From a virus (taxonomy: Duplodnaviria; Caudoviricetes), in IMG/VR virus record IMGVR_UViG_3300027759_000092, positions 1-63,132 of that record: 63,132 bases of DNA; one strand, written 5' to 3'. The translations under genes and the position numbers were made by a program. The number at the start of each line of letters is the position of its first letter. The stretch's first letter is position 1. This document shows, in pieces, positions 44,801 to 52,578 of the stretch. Under the pieces are notes generated by a model that was not told where the DNA came from, searched no databases, and saw only the letters and a program-made list of their open reading frames with translations.

Positions 44801-46516
44801 AAGTCCGGTGGCCGTCTCTACTACCTTGGTAGTTTCCTTAAAACTTAACTCATCCTTACCCACCTCGTCCAACTTGGCGTTTAAACCATCTATGGCCTTG
44901 GTAAGTTGCTCAGGGCTGTACCTTGTAGCATTTGTGCCTTCGGGTAGCTCTTGCTTAGTCTCAAATGTGGGAAGCTTTTGCAGGGCTGTAACCGCAGAAT
45001 GCAACTGGGGTTGAGACATCTGAGCGGGGTCAGAGATGCCAGTTGATCTAAAAAGAAAGTCCCCAAACCCGGGAGCGTTTACATCTACGTTCTTTTCTTC
45101 AGCCAGCTTGGTTAGCTGATCAGGCGTGTAAACCTCGGCTGTGTAGCCGGTCTTCTGGGCAATTAATGCGTTTAAAGCACCTGCTTCTTTGGCTTTATCT
45201 TTGCCCGGTAAGGCATCAACTACATCATCTAAGCTGTACGTAGTTAGCGTAGGTTTACCTGTTGCTGTCCGGTGCTCGTTTACATATGAGGTTAACTCAG
45301 GGCCAAGGTCGGCTTCTGTCAAAGCACCAACGGGGTTCTTAACGACCTCCATCTGCGCGGCAATCTCCGCCCTCTTCTCAGTAGCCCGTTGGATATCCTC
45401 AGCTTTACGCTTCTCAAACTCTGCGTTCTTAACGTCCTCAGGATTGATGGTGGGTTTACCACCAGAGATAGCACCTGCACCACCACCGATAAGGCCTGCG
45501 CCTAGGGCGGCTTGACCTAAGGTCTGACCTAGTCCGGCAGTGAGACTTTGCTCTGGATTGACATCACGCAAGGCAAGGTTCTGGGTAACTTTACCGCCAC
45601 CCTCTTCAACCATTTCCTCAGGAATATTCTTAATAGCGCCAGCGATTGCACCTTTGATACGACCTGTACCAAGTCTTTCGCCTGCAAGGGCACGTTCTAG
45701 GGCTTGTGCACCGGGTAATTTCTGCGCCAAAAGGGAAATGGCCGCACCACTTGCTCCTGCGGCTCTTGCGAGGTTTAAAGCCTCTGCCGCCGCCTGCGCT
45801 TCGGGCATCTTCTTTTCCGTCATCAGGTACTGTTTGATCTCCTCAAAACTACCTGAACCAATGTCTGCGCCCTGTTGGGCGGCTCCAGTGCCAATAGCGG
45901 CAGTTGTGCCACGAGATATCTGAGACTTAAGAGCGGCATCTTGAGTTAACTTCAAGGCGGCTTCTGCGGCCTTTTCTTTTGCGGCAGTACCTACAGCGGC
46001 CTTAGCGGCGGCTTGAGCGGCACGTAACTCTGCGGCGGCGGCAGGGCCAACACCGGGAATTGCGGCGGCAAGAATAGAAGGGATGGCTTGAGGAACTTGC
46101 TCGGCTAGGAATCCAATACCCTGTGTCAAGGGGTTCTTTACAACTTCACCAATCTGAGTGCCTAAGGCCGAAAGAACACCCTTCTTCTCGGCTTCTTCAA
46201 CCTTACGGGCAGTCTCAAGTTCTTCAGCCTTGAGCTTGGCAGACATCTGCTTCTTGGCGTATTCCTGTAGGTTCTCACCCAAGCCTTGCAGGCCTGTGGT
46301 TCCAAAGTCTTTGTCTTTAATAGCTCCCGTAGTCAAGCCATAGATCTGGCCGGGAAACTGGATTAATGAACCAATCCCTGAGGCAAACTTAGCCGCAGGG
46401 TCTATAAAAGCTTCGGCAGTTGTACGCTCAAGGGGCTTACCAATACCTTCTTCAAAGGAGAATGTCTTTTCTTTTGGTGTGCCCAACGCTTCTTCAAGCG
46501 AGAATTCTTTTGCCAT
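35867..46516 (-). CDS. giant polyvalent internal virion/ejection protein (zincin, HhH-glycosylase-like, GNAT-like, HxxxGH zincin-like, 2x ART-like, ParB-like, LPD38-like C-terminus)
   Basis: 3549 aa; motifs RHEALH, GPKLGAFYANL/LTMDLWW, GGRRLDAFD, FRATHDFYGH, two VMYHG, GHEGRHR, RIPIPFEVG; last gene of the virion operon. Confidence 0.85.
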   Translation of the reverse strand: MAKEFSLEEALGTPKEKTFSFEEGIGKPLERTTAEAFIDPAAKFASGIGSLIQFPGQIYGLTTGAIKDKDFGTTGLQGLGENLQEYAKKQMSAKLKAEELETARKVEEAEKKGVLSALGTQIGEVVKNPLTQGIGFLAEQVPQAIPSILAAAIPGVGPAAAAELRAAQAAAKAAVGTAAKEKAAEAALKLTQDAALKSQISRGTTAAIGTGAAQQGADIGSGSFEEIKQYLMTEKKMPEAQAAAEALNLARAAGASGAAISLLAQKLPGAQALERALAGERLGTGRIKGAIAGAIKNIPEEMVEEGGGKVTQNLALRDVNPEQSLTAGLGQTLGQAALGAGLIGGGAGAISGGKPTINPEDVKNAEFEKRKAEDIQRATEKRAEIAAQMEVVKNPVGALTEADLGPELTSYVNEHRTATGKPTLTTYSLDDVVDALPGKDKAKEAGALNALIAQKTGYTAEVYTPDQLTKLAEEKNVDVNAPGFGDFLFRSTGISDPAQMSQPQLHSAVTALQKLPTFETKQELPEGTNATRYSPEQLTKAIDGLNAKLDEVGKDELSFKETTKVVETATGLKGSAVNALLNDATKSGSIVTEGNKVSVPSRSTPSGYDIQEEVGVEEEQAESYDVMSGDQKVRSMDTQEKAEAHAEKLNSFAQAELKKTQEGLKAQDQKIAKSENELHKFELNGLVDTPAYKTAEEAHQAVLDEAMPVIADLKNQEEIYSRPVTVVPVGVKKVTPKTYRVTKGETVKGTKATREEAEQAIFEDLSDKEIQELAKTKSPKLKARVNAEIERRATAPAPQPRTPEQAQKLQAAQATLQSMLGRFGLQDVALKIVDAIEQGAEGSYAAKVIQLAIDASQPVRVMRHEALHALKELGFFTDAQWASLQRQANAEWINKYLKGNQTRLPDGRIVSRYDAYIEVNQTMPAEWNKNNPDKPPRAVMSDAKIKELLEEEAIADAFGDFDVEKAPPGMLNALLNKLRNFFSTLKSYLNGQGYESYKDIFGKIEKGELKPSKPAEANKEVKKSLTSFGAFYGDEKQPVYTPLSTRNFMEQDMTASQQDLGLNTKAKRGIFNNVRDIASALNQYTIDRFGQMDRSNLSEEQSTQLAKAMADEVAFQLGTQATTGTGLGWYSNNYPKAVKRLASRFPELSDNKHARSVFSALVAVTSNGEKVNKNIDNAITLYSKLRDGKPLVAMGNRRATALENNLKMIQDLLNLHGTKFEKVLLEEITVKEMNARLREMGEDTDGSYLKDTTVPAAAVYFGPKLGAFYANLSGSEGYLTMDLWWTRSVNRMRGLLIPQATEASINKFRDMMEMPSATRDEVIAATIPLRNKYEEYGYSTELEYLAKGKEPAKKDKKPAWFKKAKAKAGAAYDQLLFEHNLEKMANTIYKNEFEMLEEAPFTATDRKFMYDAGRKAQTMLRKDGINLTLADIQAALWYYEKRLYEKLSGRKADDIGYEEAIIAQSGKTTGRARPSVVFDTELNRRDESGGAVKDAEELRGKSDYGPKYSLREAVRSYRGRNESEPETHTRRSIEDSEGIRVLGVKPIAEYKPTQGFKDIISDHGYESPVFYEISNEDAETYSDAIQASKNASPYGAAVYIYPLEDYAKMRLFTTKDGKAGFALKNDDIVSVFSSPPHKGSTYSSLQIAVQEGGRRLDAFDTVLPEIYHANGFKSVGRMRWNEDYIPDGWNKQTFTTFNNGEPDVVYMSYDPDDSTTLTQSPGEYYDDPDELVAAQARAVKNYFEEGEGYGSRKQNQRTGKLKASAQELPDQRRVRRDIQLLDDETRAKYPYLEEPVEGLPAKVKVDGVEVTFGPYIPAREAAILYAEKMGIPYRQQASYHKLDKKFSTLLANTYARMLNRPLAADVKEAYDAWAKETIAQYEAMIKTGITIEFMPNNRDPYGNPRNAILDVINNNHLYVFPADGGFGKDAITEKQIRTNPALALTDIIISGRQARVVEVFRATHDFYGHVKEGFGFRAEGEENAFQSHVRMYSPLAARAMTAGTRGQNSDVNFGPNAEFNKTASGEDTIYADQKIGLMPEWATDSNIEPDVTSKPKLSLKSFFRSPEAAERAAYRKAPPTTDAFKRWFGDSVLTEEGRPVVMYHGSPNEFSIFAERRPIFVSPNPNDAEFFAALKRLGRKQGKPYIYPLWVRAEKPFDFENPDHVQQIMDYMANNYTSPENANRIQVYGHGYKTAEELSTRLENGDWTYIESANVQDSLKALGFDSFQVLEGGKKNLAVFDANQVKSATGNTGEFGETKDVRFSLRQAPDTPEFKQWFSNSKIVTKPTVRFEDGKKIVEPGQPKVMYHGTARDISEFRAKQAGAIFLTDDPNFAADFSSASEEYIKKELLYTLPENEQKRLVKEAIKLAFDNQEITQIEFNRLNTSTVNEALTTEAVKNNVGAVLKSRMTTGQNIMPVYVYSEKPFDYDNPAHVQQVVDELNNSTDSYGRRIGNKEEGSIRTGNWERIENRTVQQAIRKLGFDGFYVREGGIKNLAVYSPTQIKSATGNVGTFDRFNPDIRYSLRSADEAFDSKALADASSTGFKSRYKLIDMPINDFLGLAKLGKQDTKLAEATDRIDKGVKFTSIPYLYMDSEGKDLRVTGHEGRHRAMALKKAGYETMPVEIRSDIRWSEQTDPEKFDYQANWPERIYAQEGALRESFSIPFPFTREESPGDYKAPRAKLSFPSIADQIAQTKNGTDINDSILGTTTVREEEGFVERMMSAISPESFSRFRASAVNRYNQMSVNDKKIAQAMGGIELLADASAEAAALQSDTSAGIAAAVMGYGDSKGGVPVYEKGYTTVSDLNGTVKGLTELLMPLAVRGDPYIYRAFQFYSGVKRGTRLDAEGKEKLFDKKDIQFAKDLELLYPEFKQVHADWINYNNGHVDYMVKTGVLTPEKGKIFKKYADYIPFYRQLEGEETFGPNIFQSLANVKAPKKIKGGEAPLADFLETVVRNTQASVQSGMKNIAATRAIDQALFLGTASQLPQISSAPNTVTILRNGIPVSYAVSDRLLFDAMQSLNLPEMPFLGILAGPANLLRNLVTKDPGFMLANMMRDSLSAYATSGANMTPVIDTIRNFGSVMANRSPEFVKLVNAGVIGGYEFSRDVVSSGGELAKDLRKKSKTQTESERALRPITSLWGFLEKGTEASDAATRIAVYKDVMKRTGNEAEAIRQAAEVMNFNRKGSSPIIRIVTAAIPFLNARIQGLDVLYRAGMAPRPAGVSKTDHQRRVQKNFLIRGATMMALSSMYWFMMKDDDEYKKQEQEVRDNNWILPMINARIPIPFEVGVLFKVIPERILAFAFGNDTGEDLANSMERALRSTFGVNYIPQTVLPLVEATTNYSYFTMRPIVSQGLEGIRPGLQVGPNTTQIAETVGKALNVSPIKIDHIIQGYTGTMGMYMVNTIDAIFDAMSDKQKPSLRIEQYPILKRFMIDSEAKGSVSAYFELKKAVDETVRTVNALEAGGQGEELANFIEGKHRLFGLENASLLGARGFITDMDAKMKPLLENARKIRASEMDPDEKREQLSTINEALISMTSNIQEIKKGLSQ
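41107..41271 (-). CDS. nested out-of-frame ORF inside giant gene (54 aa), candidate antidote
   Basis: AAGGAG RBS 7 nt before ATG; MDLENKIKELENSKPQRKNFQTNEEYEETYNYWMMRQGQSIRTLKNRLKDYQQK has natural amphipathic composition. Confidence 0.6.
   Translation of the reverse strand: MDLENKIKELENSKPQRKNFQTNEEYEETYNYWMMRQGQSIRTLKNRLKDYQQK
41890..42159 (-). CDS. nested out-of-frame ORF inside giant gene (89 aa), candidate antidote
   Basis: GGAAGGA RBS 6 nt before ATG; ends DPIEDAMNRNPKLTREEALKIAKEFGF. Confidence 0.6.
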   Translation of the reverse strand: MTSDTKKQSSLSPERLLDEQDPVWSSIQNLTEGMNPEERSRTLRNFVGSLTTGQNTPSEKPYDPIEDAMNRNPKLTREEALKIAKEFGF

Positions 46517-46536
46517 TACAAACTCCTGTTGGGCAA

Positions 46537-47967
46537 TTATTGCTCAAAACCTTTACCGTTCCATTTTGCTGGGCCTTTGGCGGTTTGATAAACAGTACCA
46601 ACAGTTAATTTATCAGGAGTTGGGCTGGGTGGCAATGGAGTGACTCCACTTGAAGCACTAGGTGCTCCTGATGGGGTTAATAAAGCTTGCGGTAAACCGC
46701 CGGAAGCTGGGCCAAGAATTTCTTTTCTTTTTGCTTCAATAGCGGCTTCTTTGTCTAATTTCCACTTGTTGTATTTTTCTACAGACTTAGGATTAGTGGA
46801 ATTTGCAAGCATAGATTCAGGCTTGGCATCCCAAGCTTTTTCTAGTTTTGCCGCAGTGTCTTCAAAATCCTTAATCTTCCGGGCCTCAAGTTGTTGAGAC
46901 TTAAGATCGCCGCCTTGGGCAATTAAGAAACCTTGACGTAAAGCTTCTTCTTTGGTGAGATCCTTGTTAGCAGACATAAGCATGTTGGCAACTTGAATAC
47001 CCACAGCAGGCTGTTTCATGACGGCCAGTTCTTTGAGCTTAAGATCCCTCTCTTGCGCCAGCTTGGCTCTCTTCTCATCATCTCCAGCTACGGCAATCAT
47101 TGCATCGTACTTCTGCTTGATAGCAGATTCAGCGGCAACGTTACCTGTCTGGAACAGGTCTTTCTTGTATTGATAGCCAGTGTCTGCCTTCCTCTGAGCC
47201 AAATCAATCATCTTGTCGGTCAAAGTACTTTGTTCTGTTTCACGAGCTTTTTGCAACGCTTTTTGGCGAGAAGCACCAAGAGCGCCAGATTCAGCAGATG
47301 TGCGTCCACCTCCTATGGCAATCTGTTCCAAGTATTCCATCATTGCGTCATAGCCGGGTTTAGGGGCTACAAGCTTGTCTTTACGTGCTTGGTTCTCAGC
47401 AATTAAGCGGTCAATCTGCGTTGTGTCTGGAGCACCCACTTCAGCCTTTTGACGATCAATAGCCGCCTGACGTTTGGCTTCCTCGCTTACACGCATTTGC
47501 TCACGCAGGAGATCGACTGCGCCTCTTGTGTCTGGAGTCTCCCCGCCTTCAACAAAAGCAACCACGCCTCCGTTGGCATAGGATTCACCTACGTTAGAGG
47601 CAAGGCTATCAATGCCACGCTCTTCAGGTTGGGGTCTAGGTTGGGGGACTCCAAAAGGAACCACTCCGGGTCTGCCATCTTTAGCCATTTGTTTCTGAGC
47701 CTCCTGAACCATACGAGCCTGCAAAGCCTGTTTGGCTTTGGCTTGAACATCTTCTGCAACTGTTGGCATATCGGCAGGTGCGTTTAAAGCGGCCTGAATG
47801 CCAGCGCCTTGGCGCATCTGGTTGATGTCGTTTAAAGCAAGAAGTTGGCGCAGATCCTGTGGAATCCCGCCATTCTGTTTTTTATCTTGATCAACCTTTT
47901 GAGCCAAAGGCGCAGGATTACCTTGATAAGCCTTGGTTATCTGATTGACGGATGGTTGTGTAAACAT
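46537..47967 (-). CDS. internal virion/ejection protein
   Basis: 476 aa, Ala/Gln/Lys helical, YANGG and FVEGG motifs; directly upstream of giant gene. Confidence 0.65.
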   Translation of the reverse strand: MFTQPSVNQITKAYQGNPAPLAQKVDQDKKQNGGIPQDLRQLLALNDINQMRQGAGIQAALNAPADMPTVAEDVQAKAKQALQARMVQEAQKQMAKDGRPGVVPFGVPQPRPQPEERGIDSLASNVGESYANGGVVAFVEGGETPDTRGAVDLLREQMRVSEEAKRQAAIDRQKAEVGAPDTTQIDRLIAENQARKDKLVAPKPGYDAMMEYLEQIAIGGGRTSAESGALGASRQKALQKARETEQSTLTDKMIDLAQRKADTGYQYKKDLFQTGNVAAESAIKQKYDAMIAVAGDDEKRAKLAQERDLKLKELAVMKQPAVGIQVANMLMSANKDLTKEEALRQGFLIAQGGDLKSQQLEARKIKDFEDTAAKLEKAWDAKPESMLANSTNPKSVEKYNKWKLDKEAAIEAKRKEILGPASGGLPQALLTPSGAPSASSGVTPLPPSPTPDKLTVGTVYQTAKGPAKWNGKGFEQ

Positions 47968-47978
47968 TTAAATATCCT

Positions 47979-50714
47979 TCAGATAAGTCCAAGATTCTTT
48001 AACAAAGCATTAACGGTGCTGGCTCCTTGAGAAGCCTTAAGCAACGCAGAAGGCTCAATACCCTGATAGCTTTGAGCCGCCAAAGGCAGGCCTTGCAATA
48101 ACGACTGTTGGTACTGAACCATCTTATAAGGGTTTGCCCTAGCTTCTTCAAACTGGGCTTTGTCTGCGGCAATACCTTCAGACTCAATGCCGCGTTGTTG
48201 AGCGCCAGCGCCAAGTTGTGCGTTGAGGGTATTGAGGCCTGCTTGGCTTTCTTGAGAACCAAGTGCACCTTGAGCTTGAGCGGCTTGTAGGCCTGTCTGT
48301 AGACCCTGCAAACCATAGCCTGCGCCGTACTGTTTAGATTGTTCTGTCGCTTGTTGAGCGGCTGAACCGTACTGAGCGCCCAATTGAGCCTCTTGAATCT
48401 TACGGGCTTGGTCAGCGTTAAACTGATTCATTGCATTGCCGTATGCAGTGTTATATCCCTGACCTGTAATTTCGGCCAAGTTAGTGCCAAGGTTACGCTG
48501 AGTCTCTGCATCAAGAATGGCCTGACGGCCACCACCAAAAGCGCCAGCTTGAGTCATCTTGGCGGCATTCTGGGTTTGAGTAATCTGAGACTGACGGCGA
48601 GCCTCATCCAACTGAGGCTGTAAAGAAGTCTGCAAGTACGGGTTCATGTAGGCCGTAGCTTGCGAGGCATCAAATGAAGAACCAACCGGAGAGGCATACT
48701 GATTGGTAAACGATGTGGGTGAGTAATTCAACCCTTGAGCCGCAGTGCCAATCTTGCCTGCCTCTGTAGCGGCAGTACCAATGCTAGACGGTGTTTGCAA
48801 ATTAGCGGCATTGTTAAATGCTGAAGTCTGCAATGGAGACTCACCCGCAGACAACTGACCCATGTAAGCCTGATAAGGCATGTTAGCCAAAGCTTGGCCT
48901 TGACCAAGCATGTTGGTTACATATGGGCCTGCCCAGTTAGACAGGTTAGATTCAACACCTGTTAAGCCTGCGGCGTAATTCTTTGCGGCTCCGCCCTCTT
49001 CAAAGTGTTGAATTGATCCACCTGAGGCGTAGGCTTGAGCCAAGCCACCGGGCATGAACTTATCAGGGTTGATTTTCTTGCCTTGTTTCTTGTTTCCAGT
49101 ACGTGCCATACGAATTTTGTCCATCATTTGGTAGAGTTTCTTAGCTCCGGCATCAGAGTTACCGTTGCCCATGTGGGAAACTACATCCGCAGGGATAACA
49201 AACTCTCCATGACTTAAAGCGGCAGGTTGGTCTTGCCCAATCCTAGCTGGAAGTTTGTCTGCCATGCCATCCGTTTCGCCTTGGAGGTAACGACCTTTAG
49301 CCATGCCGCCCTCAGCATATCCGGCAGGCAAGTAACCTTGACCACGTAGATAGTCCAGATCTTCAGCTTTAAGGTTAAAGTCTTTAGCCAACTGAGCAGT
49401 AGACAGTCCTGAACTAGCAACCATTCTGGCAATAGCGCCGGGATCGGTATCATTCTTTTCTGCGGCTGTAAAAGCTGTAGAAATGTCTTTTGTAGACGCT
49501 GGAGTTTGACCAGCGGCAATTGCGGCGGCTTTGTTCTGCAAAGGAATTGCTTCAGCTTCTTGCACATCTTGAGCAGTAATTCCATACTTATCCATAGCCG
49601 CCTGCTTTTCAGCTTGTGTTGCGGCAGGCTTACCTTCAGCCTGCCTTATGGCATCCAAGGCAAGGTAGTTATTAATACTGCTGTTTACAGCGGCAGTACC
49701 CTTGTTGTTCATGATGTTCCACTGATCCGCTTTGGATGACAGTTTAGGATTTGCGGCAAAAGCATCCTGAACATCAGCCATAGACATACCAACGCTCTTC
49801 ATAGCGTCTGAGATCTGTTGGGCTGTAGCGTTAGGGAACTTGGCAAGATAGTTGTTAATACTGTCGTTTACACCAGCAGAACCCATGCCGTGCGTCAAAG
49901 CGTATTTCTCTGCGGTTGAGAAACCACTTGCGCCCAGCGCAGTTTGAAGGTCAGCTTGAGAAATCCCCAATTGACTCATTTTTGCTTGAAGTTGAGCGTT
50001 GGTAACGTTAGGGTTTGCACTAAGCCAATCGTTGATGGTTTTTAAATACCCCTGCGGAGTACCGCCACCAGCAATAAACTTTTTGTAAGCATCCGAGCCG
50101 GGAGTAATGACATCGGCTTGTTTGTTTGTAACTGTACTTGAGCCGCTAACCAAGTTTGATATGCCGCCGGGAGTCTTTGTACCGCTTTGAACACTTGTCA
50201 GGTCAGCGCCAGCATTTGTACCTGAATCACCACTTAACTGCCACCAAGGATCTTTTCCGGGGGTGCGGGTATAAGTTACATCACCACCGTAGTCAATTCC
50301 ACCTGAGCCGGGACGGTATCCCTGCGCTCTTGTAGGAGGAGCGGCAATCATTTTGCGGGAAGCACTTAACTCAGGAATACCGCCTTGGTAACCTGTTTTT
50401 TTATCAGCGTTTGTACCGCCGCCAAAAGCACTGGTTAAAGCACCTGCGCCAGCAATCAAACTTTTGTTGTCAGAAATCCATTTAGAAATGCCAGATAGGT
50501 CTGTAGCAATAGGTGTCTGATTGACAAAAACATCACCCTTTTTAAACGGTGAGTTAGCGTCACCCAAAACATTTGGGTTCATGTTTGGATCTGTTGCCGG
50601 ATCAATATACGTACTAGTGTTGGAGTTAAGGTTGCCATAACCGCCGCCAGAAACATCTTCTACGTAGTCACCTTCTTCAAAATAACGAACAGGTTTGCTA
50701 GATTTTTTAAGCAT
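47979..50714 (-). CDS. DNA pilot/ejection protein
   Basis: 911 aa; YAEGG...ALSHGEFVIPADVV module and Gln/Ala/Gly-rich YMNPY...AFGGGRQA region. Confidence 0.7.
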   Translation of the reverse strand: MLKKSSKPVRYFEEGDYVEDVSGGGYGNLNSNTSTYIDPATDPNMNPNVLGDANSPFKKGDVFVNQTPIATDLSGISKWISDNKSLIAGAGALTSAFGGGTNADKKTGYQGGIPELSASRKMIAAPPTRAQGYRPGSGGIDYGGDVTYTRTPGKDPWWQLSGDSGTNAGADLTSVQSGTKTPGGISNLVSGSSTVTNKQADVITPGSDAYKKFIAGGGTPQGYLKTINDWLSANPNVTNAQLQAKMSQLGISQADLQTALGASGFSTAEKYALTHGMGSAGVNDSINNYLAKFPNATAQQISDAMKSVGMSMADVQDAFAANPKLSSKADQWNIMNNKGTAAVNSSINNYLALDAIRQAEGKPAATQAEKQAAMDKYGITAQDVQEAEAIPLQNKAAAIAAGQTPASTKDISTAFTAAEKNDTDPGAIARMVASSGLSTAQLAKDFNLKAEDLDYLRGQGYLPAGYAEGGMAKGRYLQGETDGMADKLPARIGQDQPAALSHGEFVIPADVVSHMGNGNSDAGAKKLYQMMDKIRMARTGNKKQGKKINPDKFMPGGLAQAYASGGSIQHFEEGGAAKNYAAGLTGVESNLSNWAGPYVTNMLGQGQALANMPYQAYMGQLSAGESPLQTSAFNNAANLQTPSSIGTAATEAGKIGTAAQGLNYSPTSFTNQYASPVGSSFDASQATAYMNPYLQTSLQPQLDEARRQSQITQTQNAAKMTQAGAFGGGRQAILDAETQRNLGTNLAEITGQGYNTAYGNAMNQFNADQARKIQEAQLGAQYGSAAQQATEQSKQYGAGYGLQGLQTGLQAAQAQGALGSQESQAGLNTLNAQLGAGAQQRGIESEGIAADKAQFEEARANPYKMVQYQQSLLQGLPLAAQSYQGIEPSALLKASQGASTVNALLKNLGLI

Positions 50715-52578
50715 TTTGATTCCTCAATAAACGAGCAAGAGCATCCATATCAGAGGATGCTAGGTTTTTAGGTGCTCCAAGCGCCCGTAATTTGTAATCG
50801 GTATCGCCACCAAACAACTCTTCCATCAATTTTATATTGGCATATGGATCTTGGCTAGGCATTGGAGCGTTTAAACCAAGATTAGCCATTAGCTCCTCAG
50901 TCGTTTTTTTCTTTGTATCCACTTTAGGAGGAACAACGGTTTTAGGGGGAACAGTTACTTTTGTGTCGTCCAACTTGACGCATTGATTTGTTGCCAAATC
51001 TAAGATGTAGCCTTTTGGGCATCCGTCTTCTTTTACATCATCATCGTCAGGAACGCAGAAACCTGTTCCGTCATCATGGAAACCGGGGCCGCATTTATTG
51101 TCATCATCGTCAACTACAACGTCATCTTTATCTGTTTTGCCAGTAACAAGCACCGTATCATCGCCAACATAGTTGTTGGTAGTGTCGCCAACTATGTCGT
51201 TTAAACTAATAAAGTCATTTAAAGATGTGCCGTTTTTGTTTCCGGTAATGACCAGTTCTTTTAAATCATCGGTGTAATTATTTGAAATGTTGCCAACAGG
51301 ATTGTTTAGGTTTAAGAAATCTTGTGAAGCATCATAATTGTTCTTGCCAGTTACCGTGACAGTGTCATCAGCACCAACGCCAATCATATTTAAAATATCT
51401 TGGTTGCTTAAACCACTGTCTTTAATGTCGTCAATGGTTTTAATGCCAATTGTTTCAAGGAAATCTGCGGTTTCTTTATCCAACCCTACAGAAGACAGGC
51501 TTTTAGTCCCAATATCCGCAGGGATACCCTCGTCTTGGTTGTCAAAAATATCTGTAAGGTTTTCTAGCTTGCCAAAGTAATCTTTAATTTGGTCTTTGCT
51601 GTAGCCAAGTCCTTTTAAACGAGTAATTTCCGTGTCGTCAAAGTTTCCAATAGTTGATTTATCAACGCCGCCAGATGTAGAGCCGCCATAAGTTTTGGCT
51701 AATCCAGTAACAGCATCAAATATTTTCTTCTCGTTGCCGCTACCTAAAGCTTGAGCAGTGCTTAAACCTTTAAGCAAATCGTTGGTTGTAAAACCTGTAT
51801 CGCCAAGATTAAAGTTAGTGTCCAAGTAAGGAGAGGCAATGTTAAGTGCACCGCTTAATGTGGGATCTTTAGCAAAGTTAATTGCCTTGTTAATATCGCC
51901 CAGTTTAAACCCTGTGTCGCCAATCTCCAGTGCGCCAGCACTACCTAATCCACCCTTTAATGCGCCTGTGAGGATGTTTTGGTCATTTACTGCGGCATTA
52001 AAACCACCAGCTAAAGCCCCGCCAGCACCAGCCGCCGCAGTGCCAGTCAAGCCAAACAAACTATTACCAAGCATTCCTGCGCCACCGCCCATGGTGAGAG
52101 CCGCCATAGCAATAGGGCCAAGGTCATTCCACATGGTTTTGAGGGCAGACTCATTCCATTTGCGACGGGCAATAGCATTGCCTTCTAAGTCGTAGTCGGT
52201 GATGTAATCACCTTCTTGCCTAGAAAAACCACCCAATGTTTTGGGAGCATCATCGTAGACTGGCGTGGCATCCATGCCTTGACCAATGTAATCAATGATT
52301 TTTCTATTATCTTTTTCCCCTGCCATCCAACCGCTACCATATTGGACGGGTATGTAATCTATGGTAGTGCCTTGCTCTGTTACGTTCTCTCGGGCTTGCG
52401 TAGCACCCATTTGGTTATACATGGCTTTAAGTTCAGCCAATGTAGGTGTGGCTGATAGCGGTGTAAATTGACGTGTTTCTGCCGCAGGAGCTTGCCTTTG
52501 TTCATCACGTAAAGCGGCGGCGGCTTCCCAACTACCAGTCAGTTGGTACAGTTCTTCATCGCTCATTGGTTCTGCCAT
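50707..52578 (-). CDS. candidate ejection protein with Gly/Ala hydrophobic segment, TonB-box-like repeats and Cys-pair repeats
   Basis: IAMAALTMGGGAGMLG segment; DTVTVTG, ELVITG, DTVLVTG; CGPGF...C and CPKGY...C; ATG at 52578. Confidence 0.65.
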   Translation of the reverse strand: MAEPMSDEELYQLTGSWEAAAALRDEQRQAPAAETRQFTPLSATPTLAELKAMYNQMGATQARENVTEQGTTIDYIPVQYGSGWMAGEKDNRKIIDYIGQGMDATPVYDDAPKTLGGFSRQEGDYITDYDLEGNAIARRKWNESALKTMWNDLGPIAMAALTMGGGAGMLGNSLFGLTGTAAAGAGGALAGGFNAAVNDQNILTGALKGGLGSAGALEIGDTGFKLGDINKAINFAKDPTLSGALNIASPYLDTNFNLGDTGFTTNDLLKGLSTAQALGSGNEKKIFDAVTGLAKTYGGSTSGGVDKSTIGNFDDTEITRLKGLGYSKDQIKDYFGKLENLTDIFDNQDEGIPADIGTKSLSSVGLDKETADFLETIGIKTIDDIKDSGLSNQDILNMIGVGADDTVTVTGKNNYDASQDFLNLNNPVGNISNNYTDDLKELVITGNKNGTSLNDFISLNDIVGDTTNNYVGDDTVLVTGKTDKDDVVVDDDDNKCGPGFHDDGTGFCVPDDDDVKEDGCPKGYILDLATNQCVKLDDTKVTVPPKTVVPPKVDTKKKTTEELMANLGLNAPMPSQDPYANIKLMEELFGGDTDYKLRALGAPKNLASSDMDALARLLRNQNA

